A DNA stretch of 40,357 nucleotides from Anaeromassilibacillus sp. (lineage in GTDB: Bacteria > Bacillota > Clostridia > Oscillospirales > Acutalibacteraceae): the NCBI GenBank assembly GCA_048455095.1, contig DBFXIC010000233.1, forward strand, positions 1 through 40,357, written 5' to 3'. A model generated the notes under the pieces. It made no database searches and had not been told where the DNA came from. It was given only the letters and a program-made list of their open reading frames with translations. Each line of letters starts with the position of its first letter. Positions within the stretch are counted from its first letter, which is position 1. Positions 25,933 through 34,510 of the stretch are shown here, piece after piece. The position numbers and the translations under genes are program-made.

Positions 25933-27639
25933 ATGAGTATTATCGGCTTACAAAAAGCAAACTGCAAAAACTGCTATAAATGCGTCAAGGTCTGTCCCGT
26001 GAAGTCCATCAAGGTGGAAAACGAGCAGGCCAAAATTATTGACCGCGACTGCATCCTCTGCGGCACCTGCCTGGAGCAGTGCCCGCAGAACGCCAAGACC
26101 GTCGCGAGCGACGTGGCCCTGGTCAAAGAGATGCTCAAAAGCGGCGACCGCGTCATCCTTTCGGTTGCGCCGTCGTATTATGGGTGCTTTGATTTTGCAG
26201 ATGTGCACCAGTTTGCGGGCGCGGTAAAGGCGCTCGGCTTCTATGGCGTTTCTGAGACGGCGGAGGGCGCCGCGTATGTGACGGCGGAATATCACCGCCT
26301 GATGCAGGAAAACGCCATGAAAAATATGATTACCACCTGTTGCCCGTCCGTAAACCGCCTGATTGAGCTGTATTATCCGTCTCTGGTGGACCAGATGGCG
26401 CCGGTCGTCTCCCCGATGATCGCCCATGGGCGCCTGCTCAAGCAGAGCTACGGCCCGGGCACACGCGTTGTCTTTGCCGGCCCGTGCATCGCTAAGAAGG
26501 ACGAGGCCGCCGACATCCGCCACAACAACGAGATTGACGCGGTGCTGACCTTTGAGGAGCTTACCGACTGGCTGAAGGAAGAGCACATCTCCTTTGATCA
26601 GGCGGAACCCGCTTCCTTCCTCAATTCCAGCTCCAAGATTTTGCGTATGTATCCGGTGGAAGAGGGAATATTGGCTTCCCTGAAGGCCAAGGGCGACACC
26701 GGCGACTGGAAGCTTCTGACGGTTTCCGGCTCCGGCGCATGCATCGACCTGTGCCGCGCGATGGAACGCGGCGAGTTGGAGCACTGCTTTGTGGAGATCA
26801 ACATGTGCCGCGACGGCTGTGTGAACGGCCCTGGCTCCGGCACCGATACGGTTTCTCGATTTGCTTCCCGCGTGAAGATTCAGGATTATGCCTATGAGGA
26901 TGCGGATTCCTATCCGAACCTGCCGGAACAGATCCCGATGGCCATGCAGTTCGTGGACCGCTCCAGCAAGGAGGACATCCCGGACGAAGAGACCATCCGT
27001 GCCATCCTGGCAAAGATCGGCAAAGAAGGCCCGGAGGATGAACTCAACTGCGGTTCCTGCGGCTATCCGACCTGCCGTGCAAAGGCGATTGCTGTCTATC
27101 AGGGCAAGGCAGAACTACATATGTGCATTCCGTATATGAAGGAGCGCGCAGAGTCCTTGAGCAACTGCGTGTTGACGGAGACGCCGAACATCACCATCAT
27201 CGTGGACAGCGATTTGAATATCATCGAGTTCAACGCGGCAGCGGAGCGCGCGTTCCATCTCACCCGCCACGAGGCGCTGCAAAAGTGCATCTATGAGTTG
27301 ATTGACAGTTCCGACTTCCAGTTCGTATTCGACAGCAAGCAGTCCATCACGGATAAAAAGGTGCATTATAAGGACTACGGCATCACCACGGAACAGACCA
27401 TTGTCTATATTGCAAAGGAAAATGTTGCGATGGGCATCTTCAAGGACATCACCAAGGAAGAGGCCAGTATCGAGAATCAATACAAGCTGCGCGCGGAGAC
27501 GATGGAGATGGCACAGAAGGTCATCGACAAGCAGATGGTCGCTGCACAGCAGATCGCAAGCTTACTGGGCGAGACCACTGCGGAGACGAAGTCTACGCTG
27601 ACCAAGCTGAAGAATATGATCGTATTTGATGAGGACTGA
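25933..27639 (+). CDS. Sensory group C [FeFe]-hydrogenase with C-terminal PAS domain (HydS/HfsB-type)
   Basis: 2x[4Fe-4S] N-terminus; H-cluster motifs TTCCPS, GPCIAKKDEA, EINMCRDGC; LNCGSCGYPTC FeS motif; PAS domain; QQIASLLGETTAETK tail. Confidence 0.9.
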   Translation: MSIIGLQKANCKNCYKCVKVCPVKSIKVENEQAKIIDRDCILCGTCLEQCPQNAKTVASDVALVKEMLKSGDRVILSVAPSYYGCFDFADVHQFAGAVKALGFYGVSETAEGAAYVTAEYHRLMQENAMKNMITTCCPSVNRLIELYYPSLVDQMAPVVSPMIAHGRLLKQSYGPGTRVVFAGPCIAKKDEAADIRHNNEIDAVLTFEELTDWLKEEHISFDQAEPASFLNSSSKILRMYPVEEGILASLKAKGDTGDWKLLTVSGSGACIDLCRAMERGELEHCFVEINMCRDGCVNGPGSGTDTVSRFASRVKIQDYAYEDADSYPNLPEQIPMAMQFVDRSSKEDIPDEETIRAILAKIGKEGPEDELNCGSCGYPTCRAKAIAVYQGKAELHMCIPYMKERAESLSNCVLTETPNITIIVDSDLNIIEFNAAAERAFHLTRHEALQKCIYELIDSSDFQFVFDSKQSITDKKVHYKDYGITTEQTIVYIAKENVAMGIFKDITKEEASIENQYKLRAETMEMAQKVIDKQMVAAQQIASLLGETTAETKSTLTKLKNMIVFDED

Positions 27640-27680
27640 GTGTCCCGAATGCGGAATTTGTGCTGTAAAGGACTGATTGA

Positions 27681-28859
27681 ATGAAAATGCATGTGGATGC
27701 CGCATATCGGAGCCTCAATAAATACGGGGAAGAGCTTTGCGGCGATAAAGTGAAGATCACACGCACCCCCAACTCCACCATCGCGGTGCTGGCAGACGGC
27801 CTCGGCAGCGGCGTCAAGGCCAACATCCTTTCCACCCTCTCCAGCACCATCGTCTCCACCATGCTGGAAGAGGGCTCCACCATCGCAGAGGTGGTGGAAA
27901 CCATCGCAAAGACGCTGCCCGTGTGCAGCGTGCGCAAGCTGGCGTACTCTACATTCAGCGTATTGCAAATTTTTGACGACGGAACCGCCCATTTGGTAGA
28001 GTTCGACAATCCGCCGTGTATTTTTGTGCGCAACGGCAAGGTGGTTGACCTCGAATCGCGCAGCGAGTTGAAGGAATACGGCGGTAAACAGATTACGGAA
28101 TGTACCTTTACCGTGCGCCCCGGCGACGTGCTTGCACTGGTTAGCGACGGCGTTATTTACGCGGGCGTTGGGCAGGCATTGAATTTTGGCTGGAACTGGG
28201 ACAATGTGTCCTCTTGGCTGGCCAAGACGACACTCAAGGAAAATTCCGCGCCGCGTTTGGCGGTCTCCCTCTCGGAGGCAGTGCGCGAACTCTATCTTGA
28301 CAAGCCGGGCGACGATTCGACGGACCTGATTATCCGCATCTCGCCCAAGAGCGTGGTCAACATGCTTTCCGGCCCGCCTGTCAACAAAGAGGACGATAAC
28401 CGTATGGTGCACGATTTTATCACCTCCTACGGCAAGAAGGTGGTCTGCGGCGGCACCAGCGCCAACATCGTGGCACGCGTCCTCAACCGCAAGATCGAGA
28501 CATCCATCAACTATATCGACCCCACCATCCCGCCCACCGGCAAGATCGAGGGCGTGGATCTGGTGACGGAGGGCGTGCTCACCCTGAGCCGCACGGTGGA
28601 TATTTTGCGCGACTATCTGAACAAGGAGGCCGACTCCTTCTATTTCCGCAAGCTGGATGAGGAAAACGGCGCCGCTATGATTGCAAAGATGCTCCTGGAG
28701 GAGTGCACGGACCTGCGTGTCTTTATCGGAAAGGCCATCAATCCCGCGCACCAGAACCCGGGCCTTCCGTCCGACCTGAGCATCAAAATGAAGCTGATTG
28801 ACGAACTGTGCGATCTGGTCAAGAAATTGGGCAAAAACGTCGAAAAAGTTTACTATTAA
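27681..28859 (+). CDS. SpoIIE/PP2C-family Ser/Thr phosphatase (HfsC-type)
   Basis: GEELCGD, LADGLGSG, VSDG, GDDST; C-terminal VVCGGT domain. Confidence 0.9.
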   Translation: MKMHVDAAYRSLNKYGEELCGDKVKITRTPNSTIAVLADGLGSGVKANILSTLSSTIVSTMLEEGSTIAEVVETIAKTLPVCSVRKLAYSTFSVLQIFDDGTAHLVEFDNPPCIFVRNGKVVDLESRSELKEYGGKQITECTFTVRPGDVLALVSDGVIYAGVGQALNFGWNWDNVSSWLAKTTLKENSAPRLAVSLSEAVRELYLDKPGDDSTDLIIRISPKSVVNMLSGPPVNKEDDNRMVHDFITSYGKKVVCGGTSANIVARVLNRKIETSINYIDPTIPPTGKIEGVDLVTEGVLTLSRTVDILRDYLNKEADSFYFRKLDEENGAAMIAKMLLEECTDLRVFIGKAINPAHQNPGLPSDLSIKMKLIDELCDLVKKLGKNVEKVYY

Positions 28860-28880
28860 TCACGAATTTGCGGAATCCTC

Positions 28881-28939
28881 TTGCCAGGACGGGACAAATG
28901 ATTTAAGATGATAAAAAAGGATTGTTAAAAAAAAAGCAA
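28881..28939 (+). promoter_or_regulatory. Sigma-A promoter of the catalytic hydrogenase with a downstream Rex-box-like site
   Basis: TTGCCA-17 bp-TAAGAT; TTGTTAA-N4-AAAGCAA at 28922-28939 (one perfect half of TTGTTAA-N4-TTAACAA). Confidence 0.5.
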
Positions 28940-29153
28940 AGTCTGGGAATATCCCTGTTGCCAATTGATGCAACAGGAAAAAACAGGCAATCCTTTTCTT
29001 TTGACGACATTTGAATGGATGCCTCCCGGCCTGCGGAGTGCCCCCTGGATGTATGGAAAATAACCCGTAGCGGTTGGTATTTCCTGCGTCCCGGCATGGT
29101 GTGCCATGTGCGTGAAGGGAGCAGGTGCAATTTCGAAAAGCGAGGATAGAAAC

Positions 29154-30605
29154 ATGCAATACGATAATGACGCGAAACAACTGAAATATGAAGTGCTCAA
29201 GAAGGTGGCGAGATACGCCTTTGAAGGAACACTGGAGAAACATATCCAGGAGATCCCGTATGACGTCATCCCCGGCCCGGTGCCTTCGTTCCGCTGCTGC
29301 ATTTACCGCGAGAGGGAGATCATCCGGGAGCGCATCACCTCAGCAAAGGGCGAGAACCTGCCCGGCCAGGAGGACAGGGGGATCGTCGGCGTACTGCCTG
29401 CCGCCTGCGAAGGCTGCCCGATCAGCCGCTTCACCGTGACGGACAACTGCCAGAAATGCCTGGCAAAAAAGTGCCAGGCGGCCTGCCCGTTCGGTGCGAT
29501 TTCCATCACCGGCAAGGGCGCGTACATAGACCCCGCCAAGTGTAAGGAATGCGGGCGCTGTGCCGCAGCCTGCCCATACAATGCGATTTCGGACACCATG
29601 CGCCCGTGCATCCGCGCGTGCCCGGTGAACGCGATCAGCAAGGACGATTACAACCGCGCGTCCATCGATTACAGCCGTTGCATCAGCTGCGGCGCATGCG
29701 TGGTCGGCTGCCCGTTCGGCGCCATCACGGACCGTTCCAATATCGTGGACGTGATCACCGCAATCAAGAGCGGCGACCCGGTGGTCGCCACCTTTGCGCC
29801 GGCCATCGAGGGCCATTTTGGGGACGCGAACGTCGGCCAGCTCAAGGCCGCGATCCGGAAGCTGGGTTTTGCGGATGTGGTAGAGGTTTCCCTCGGTGCG
29901 GACGCGACCGCCTGGCATGAGGCGCAGGAGCTCAAAGAGGCCGTCGAGGGCAACCGCAAGATGACGACTTCGTGCTGCCCGGCCTTTGTTGAGATGATCG
30001 AGAAGCATTTCCCGAAGCTGATTCCCAACATCTCCACGACCGGTTCCCCGATGACGTTGGTTGCACGCTATATCAAGGCGAATAACCCGAACGCCAAAGT
30101 GGTGTTCATCGGCCCGTGCATCGCGAAGAAGCTCGAGGCCAAAAAGGTAGAGGATACCGCCGACTTTGTCATGACGTTTGAGGAGCTTGCGGCGCTCTTT
30201 GATGCGAAATCCATCAATGTACACGACGAGGCGGCAAACGAGCAGGACGGCAGCCGTCTGGGCAAGGGCTTTGCACAGAGCGGCGGCGTGTCTGCTTCCG
30301 TTGCGGCGGTGTTGGACGATGAGAACTTCGAGATGCCGTTTACCTGCGTCAAGTGTAACGGCGCGAAGGAGTGCAAGAAGACCCTGATGATTCTGAACGC
30401 CAATCGCCTCCAGGAGGACATCGTGGAAGGCATGGCGTGCGAGGGCGGCTGTGTAGCGGGTCCCGGCGGCGTCGAGTCGATGCAGAAGCTGTTGAAGAAC
30501 CGCACCAAGCTGCTGAAGGACGCGGACGACCGCGGCATCAAGGAGAATATCGAGCAGATGCACGACTTCTCGAAGATTAACATGACGGTTCCGCACAATA
30601 TGTAA
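29154..30605 (+). CDS. Monomeric group B [FeFe]-hydrogenase (HfsD-type), 483 aa
   Basis: RCCIYRERE, several CxxCxxCxxxCP motifs, TTSCCP, GPCIAKK.EA, EGMACEGGC.AGP; SD GAGG. Confidence 0.9.
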   Translation: MQYDNDAKQLKYEVLKKVARYAFEGTLEKHIQEIPYDVIPGPVPSFRCCIYREREIIRERITSAKGENLPGQEDRGIVGVLPAACEGCPISRFTVTDNCQKCLAKKCQAACPFGAISITGKGAYIDPAKCKECGRCAAACPYNAISDTMRPCIRACPVNAISKDDYNRASIDYSRCISCGACVVGCPFGAITDRSNIVDVITAIKSGDPVVATFAPAIEGHFGDANVGQLKAAIRKLGFADVVEVSLGADATAWHEAQELKEAVEGNRKMTTSCCPAFVEMIEKHFPKLIPNISTTGSPMTLVARYIKANNPNAKVVFIGPCIAKKLEAKKVEDTADFVMTFEELAALFDAKSINVHDEAANEQDGSRLGKGFAQSGGVSASVAAVLDDENFEMPFTCVKCNGAKECKKTLMILNANRLQEDIVEGMACEGGCVAGPGGVESMQKLLKNRTKLLKDADDRGIKENIEQMHDFSKINMTVPHNM

Positions 30606-30669
30606 TTGCGGCATACAGGCGCTGGGAACCGGTTTCAAATCTTCCCGATACATTGCGGGAACGGTTGCT

Positions 30670-30699
30670 GTATGTTCCAGGGCAAATTGGGGTAAATTG
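30670..30699 (+). promoter_or_regulatory. SigF-like sporulation promoter candidate
   Basis: GTATG-15 bp-GGGTAAATTG versus SigF consensus GYATA-15-GGnnAnAHTR. Confidence 0.4.
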
Positions 30700-30800
30700 A
30701 TGATACGGGCGCTTGCGCCCATCGAATGGGGGCGTGGATCACGTCCCCATCTTTATTATGGAGCGTCCCATTGGGCGCGTATCGGAAAGGGGGCTGCGCT

Positions 30801-31760
30801 TTGGACGCGGTCACAGCAGTACAGCTTACAAAAACATATGGAGAGATCCAGGCGGTCCAAAATTTGAACCTTCGCATTCCGCAGGGTGGTGTGTTTGGTT
30901 TGTTGGGGGCGCGGGGCGCGGGCAAGACCACCGTGGTGCGGATGCTCTGCGGGCTTGTCAAGCCGACCAGCGGGGAGTGCGACGTCCTGGGGCGCTCCCC
31001 GGCCAAGGACCCGGCCGGTGTGCATGCGGTCTGTGGGGTGATGATGGGCAGCGCCAAGCCCTATGCCCATTTGACGGGCCGGCAAAACCTGATCTTTTTT
31101 GCGCAGGCGGCCGGAATGGGGGAGGAGGCTGCCGGGCGTCGAGCCTCTGAGCTGATGAAGGATCTGGAGCTTTGGGAAGCGCGCGACCTGCCCGTATCAA
31201 AGTATTCCACAGGGATGTTGCAAAAGCTTTCCTTGGCGCGTGCGATGGTCAATTACCCCAGCGTGTTATTGTTGGACGAGCCCTCCACGGGGCTGGATTA
31301 TGAATCGGCGCATGCGGTCAACACGCTGGTGAGCAAGTATGCCGCGCGGGAGGACACAACCGTGCTGCTCTGCACCACAAAGATGCACTATGCACAGAGC
31401 ACCTGCACCGAATTTGGAATCATGGACCGCGGAGAGCTGGTCGCATCCGGCGATTTTCCGTCGCTGCGGGAAGCGGCCGGATGCCGCGCGCATGCGGAAT
31501 TCCGATTATGTGATGGGGACAGTTTGGAGAATTTCCGTACGGATGAAACCTCCGCCTCAGTGCTGGCGCCGCACAATGGGTGGTGGCGCGCGGAGTTGCG
31601 TGGGGAAGAGGAGATGCCCGGCCTGCTGCGGCGCATTGTGGAGAGCGGACATGACGTTGTAGAAGCACGCCTTGTCCAGCCGACATTGGAGGATGTCTAT
31701 AAGCGTACGCTCGAGCAGCGTCCGGAAGAGGAGGGAAAGATCGATGCTTTCACCAGCTGA
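30801..31760 (+). CDS. ABC-2 type ATP-binding protein (degenerate Q- and H-loops)
   Basis: GARGAGKT, YSTGM, LLLDEP, PTLEDVY; TTG start after SD AAAGGGGG. Confidence 0.88.
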   Translation: MDAVTAVQLTKTYGEIQAVQNLNLRIPQGGVFGLLGARGAGKTTVVRMLCGLVKPTSGECDVLGRSPAKDPAGVHAVCGVMMGSAKPYAHLTGRQNLIFFAQAAGMGEEAAGRRASELMKDLELWEARDLPVSKYSTGMLQKLSLARAMVNYPSVLLLDEPSTGLDYESAHAVNTLVSKYAAREDTTVLLCTTKMHYAQSTCTEFGIMDRGELVASGDFPSLREAAGCRAHAEFRLCDGDSLENFRTDETSASVLAPHNGWWRAELRGEEEMPGLLRRIVESGHDVVEARLVQPTLEDVYKRTLEQRPEEEGKIDAFTS

Positions 31761-32550
31761 ACAGGCGCTTGTCAAAAAGGATTTCTTTGAAATTTGGAGT
31801 TCCAAGATGGCGCGCGCGACTTTGATCGCCGTGCCCATTGTGTTGGTGATCGTGCTGCCCGTCCTCTTTTTAGCGGCGGTCTGCCTGGTCCCGTTGGAAC
31901 ATGCGGACGGAATGCGGGCAATGCTTGCGATTCTCCCGGAAAAGGTGCAGGGGTTCAGCGTACAGCAGGGATTATTTTATCTCTTGACCAATACGTTGTT
32001 CCCACTGGGTTTCCTGATGATCCCCCTGATGGCTTCGGCCGTGTCGGCTTCCTATATTTTTGTGGGAGAAAAGGAGCGCGACACCATTGAGACATTGCTG
32101 CTTACACCGCTCAAGGTGCGGCAGATCTTTCGTTCCAAGATGGTCTGCTGCCTGTTCCTATCGTTCGTAACCACGGCAATTTCCTTTGGCGTGCTTACCA
32201 TCGTGGTTTCTGTCGGGGATATTATGTTGGGGATGCCCTTTTTCTTAAACTGGTCGTGGCTGGTGATTATCCTGCTGCTGGCGCCGGGATTGATGGTACT
32301 TGGTGCAGTGTTCATGGTTTTTGGCTTCAATCGGATCAACAGCCGCCTGGAATCGTTCCAGACGATCGCCTATGCGGCCCTGCCGCTGATTCTGCTATAT
32401 ATTGTTCCGTTTACCGGATTGTTCCGTGTCAATGCGCCGGTGTTGTTGGTGGTAGCAGCAGTGGTACTGATATGCGATCTGGTGCTGTGGATTGCGGATA
32501 TCCGTTCCTTTTTACCGGAAAAATTTCTGGATCGGCCGCCGGAGGGGTGA
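31744..32550 (+). CDS. ABC-2 type permease
   Basis: FVGEKERDTIETLLLTP motif; about 6 TM segments. Confidence 0.88.
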   Translation: MLSPAEQALVKKDFFEIWSSKMARATLIAVPIVLVIVLPVLFLAAVCLVPLEHADGMRAMLAILPEKVQGFSVQQGLFYLLTNTLFPLGFLMIPLMASAVSASYIFVGEKERDTIETLLLTPLKVRQIFRSKMVCCLFLSFVTTAISFGVLTIVVSVGDIMLGMPFFLNWSWLVIILLLAPGLMVLGAVFMVFGFNRINSRLESFQTIAYAALPLILLYIVPFTGLFRVNAPVLLVVAAVVLICDLVLWIADIRSFLPEKFLDRPPEG

Positions 32551-32563
32551 CGGAGAAGTTCGC

Positions 32564-32592
32564 TTGTTTTATGGAAAAAAATAGATTATAAT
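32564..32592 (+). promoter_or_regulatory. Sigma-A promoter candidate
   Basis: TTGTTT-17 bp-TATAAT. Confidence 0.55.
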
Positions 32593-32625
32593 GATATTAT
32601 CGATGAGAATGGATGGGGTGATGAA

Positions 32626-33456
32626 GTGCCGGCGGATTTGCATTGTCATACAAAGATGTCCGACGGTTCGGTCGGGATCGACGAACTGGTGCAGCTGGCG
32701 AAGCGCGCCGGGCTTTCCGCCATTGCGGTGACAGACCATGACACATTTTCCGGTGCATTGCGGGCCAAAAGCTATGGGGACCGCATCGGCATGGAAGTGC
32801 TTCCCGGCGTGGAGTTTTCCTGTATAGATCCGGCCACAGGGCGCAAGGCCCATATTTTATGCTACGGGAATGTCCGTGTGAACCGGCTGGAAGGGCTGTG
32901 TAAAAAAATTGGGGATAGCCGCCGGAAATCGATCAGTCTGTCTTTGCAAAAGGTCATGCGTTTGTATCCGATCACCATGGAGATGGTGGTGCAGCGCGCA
33001 CATGGAAGTAGCAACATTTTTAAACAACATATTATGCATGCATTGATTGACGCGGGCTATGCGGATTCCTTCTATGGCCCGGTCTATCAAAAATTATTCC
33101 GTCCGCGAACGGGATTTGCTTACTGCAAAACAGAGTATCCCGATGTCCACGATGTGATCGCGCAGGTGCATGATGCGGGGGGAATCGCCGTTTTGGCGCA
33201 TCCGGGCGTGTATGACAGTTTTGACCTCTTGGAACAACTCGCCCGTGATCATGAGATCGAAGGTGTGGAAGTCTGGCATACGCGCAACCAGGCAGGGGAC
33301 GCGGAACGGTTGATGGAGGTCGCCGCACAGTATAACCTGATTATGACCGGCGGAACAGATTTTCATGGGATGTATAGCAAATTGCCGCATCCGCTGGGAA
33401 CCTGCACAACGCCGGATGACCAGCTTGCCCTGCTGAAGAAGTGGCGGGCGGAATAA
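32626..33456 (+). CDS. PHP-domain phosphoesterase
   Basis: DLHCHT..SDG, TDHD, LAHPG, GGTDFHG; GTG start with SD GGGGTG. Confidence 0.9.
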   Translation: MPADLHCHTKMSDGSVGIDELVQLAKRAGLSAIAVTDHDTFSGALRAKSYGDRIGMEVLPGVEFSCIDPATGRKAHILCYGNVRVNRLEGLCKKIGDSRRKSISLSLQKVMRLYPITMEMVVQRAHGSSNIFKQHIMHALIDAGYADSFYGPVYQKLFRPRTGFAYCKTEYPDVHDVIAQVHDAGGIAVLAHPGVYDSFDLLEQLARDHEIEGVEVWHTRNQAGDAERLMEVAAQYNLIMTGGTDFHGMYSKLPHPLGTCTTPDDQLALLKKWRAE

Positions 33457-33485
33457 ATCGCAATGATTGTAGGAGGAATCACAGC

Positions 33486-33743
33486 ATGGAATATCGCTAT
33501 AAGACGCACGGGGTATGTTCGTCCGAAATCTTTTTAGAGCTCGACGGCGACGTTGTAAAGTCTGTAAAATTTACCGGCGGCTGCAACGGAAATCTCAAAG
33601 GGATCGGCGCATTGACCGCGGGAATGAAAATTGACGATGTAATTGCGCGGTGCAAGGGAATCCGGTGTGGCTTTAAGCCGACATCCTGCCCGGACCAGTT
33701 GGCAAAGGCCCTGGTATTAGCGAGGGAGCAGCAAACAAAATGA
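33486..33743 (+). CDS. Stand-alone TSCPD-domain protein (TIGR03905-like), 85 aa
   Basis: GVCS, FTGGCNGNLKGI, GIRCG...TSCPDQLA; SD AGGAGG. Confidence 0.9.
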   Translation: MEYRYKTHGVCSSEIFLELDGDVVKSVKFTGGCNGNLKGIGALTAGMKIDDVIARCKGIRCGFKPTSCPDQLAKALVLAREQQTK

Positions 33744-33769
33744 AGGCTTGTCCCATGGCAGGCCAAAGG

Positions 33770-33798
33770 AAAAGGGGCTGCGGTGTGCAGCCCCTTTT
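33770..33798. terminator. Bidirectional terminator between convergent genes
   Basis: aaaaggggctgc-ggtgt-gcagcccctttt. Confidence 0.85.
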
Positions 33799-33808
33799 CG
33801 CGCGGGAA

Positions 33809-33952
33809 TTAGCAGCAGCCGTTGTTGCAGCCACAGTCGTTGCCGCAGCCGTTGTTGTTGCCATAGCCATTGTTGCCGCAGCAGCAGCAAATCAGAATGA
33901 GAATGATGATCCAAGAGCAGCCACCGCATCCGCCTAAAAAGTTGTTACACAT
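33809..33952 (-). CDS. 47-aa Cys/Gly/Asn-rich small membrane peptide, probably spore-associated (absent from the ORF track)
   Basis: MCNNFLGGCGGCSWIIILILICCCCGNNGYGNNNGCGNDCGCNNGCC*; SD AAAGGAGG; shared terminator downstream. Confidence 0.85.
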   Translation of the reverse strand: MCNNFLGGCGGCSWIIILILICCCCGNNGYGNNNGCGNDCGCNNGCC

Positions 33953-33981
33953 AATTGATTGCCTCCTTTCGAATTACAGTA

Positions 33982-34009
33982 TAGTATATTGCGCGAGGCC
34001 AAAAGGTGT
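33982..34009 (-). promoter_or_regulatory. SigK/SigE-like mother-cell promoter of the Cys-rich peptide
   Basis: ACA-16 bp-AATATACTA versus SigK consensus ACA-16-CATAnnnTA. Confidence 0.5.
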
Positions 34010-34141
34010 TACAACCAAAATTGGCGGGGCAAGCCTTGTTCTGTAAATATTCTTGTGTACAATCGTATATAGATAAAGAATGGGTGCGGCCCGCAAAGGC
34101 GCCGGCCAGACACATTCTATTGAGAACAGGAGGAATGTTCT

Positions 34142-34510
34142 ATGACGCCACGTCGCCAGGAAGGCGAAAAAAAAGCGGTGCCCGCGCATGTGCGGGTCGT
34201 GGTAGATGTCCACTGCCCCGTATGCGGTGCTTCGTTTGATGACATTGTCCGCAACGGACGAGTTGGCTGTGCGGAGTGCTACCACACATTTTCTGAACGA
34301 TTAACGCCGCTCGTTCAGCGTTTGCATGGCGAGGCTGTCCACTGTGGGAAAGCACCAGGGGCGAACCTGCCGCAGCCGCGCCAAAATACACAGCTGGTGG
34401 TAAAGCGCCGCGCCCTGCGCGAGGCGATCGACACACAGAATTTTGAATACGCCGCTGCGCTTCGCGATCAGATTAAAGCGCTGGAAGAAGGGAGCGACCG
34501 CCATGCATAA
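34142..34510 (+). CDS. mcsA: N-terminally shortened McsA-like protein (2 CxxC + UVR domain)
   Basis: CPVCG...GRVGCAECY..F, LHG...H.GK.P, AI..QNFEYAAALRDQIK; SD AGGAGG. Confidence 0.8.
   Translation: MTPRRQEGEKKAVPAHVRVVVDVHCPVCGASFDDIVRNGRVGCAECYHTFSERLTPLVQRLHGEAVHCGKAPGANLPQPRQNTQLVVKRRALREAIDTQNFEYAAALRDQIKALEEGSDRHA

Noticed and set aside
33810..33880. Short gcagccgttgttg repeats as a CRISPR array or VNTR
   Set aside because: Explained by the NNGC codons of the Cys-rich peptide; no spacer structure and no cas genes
33673..33937. Track ORFs 33673-33870, 33717-33929 and 33740-33937
   Set aside because: Alternative frames of the 47-aa peptide gene, which alone has an SD and promoter
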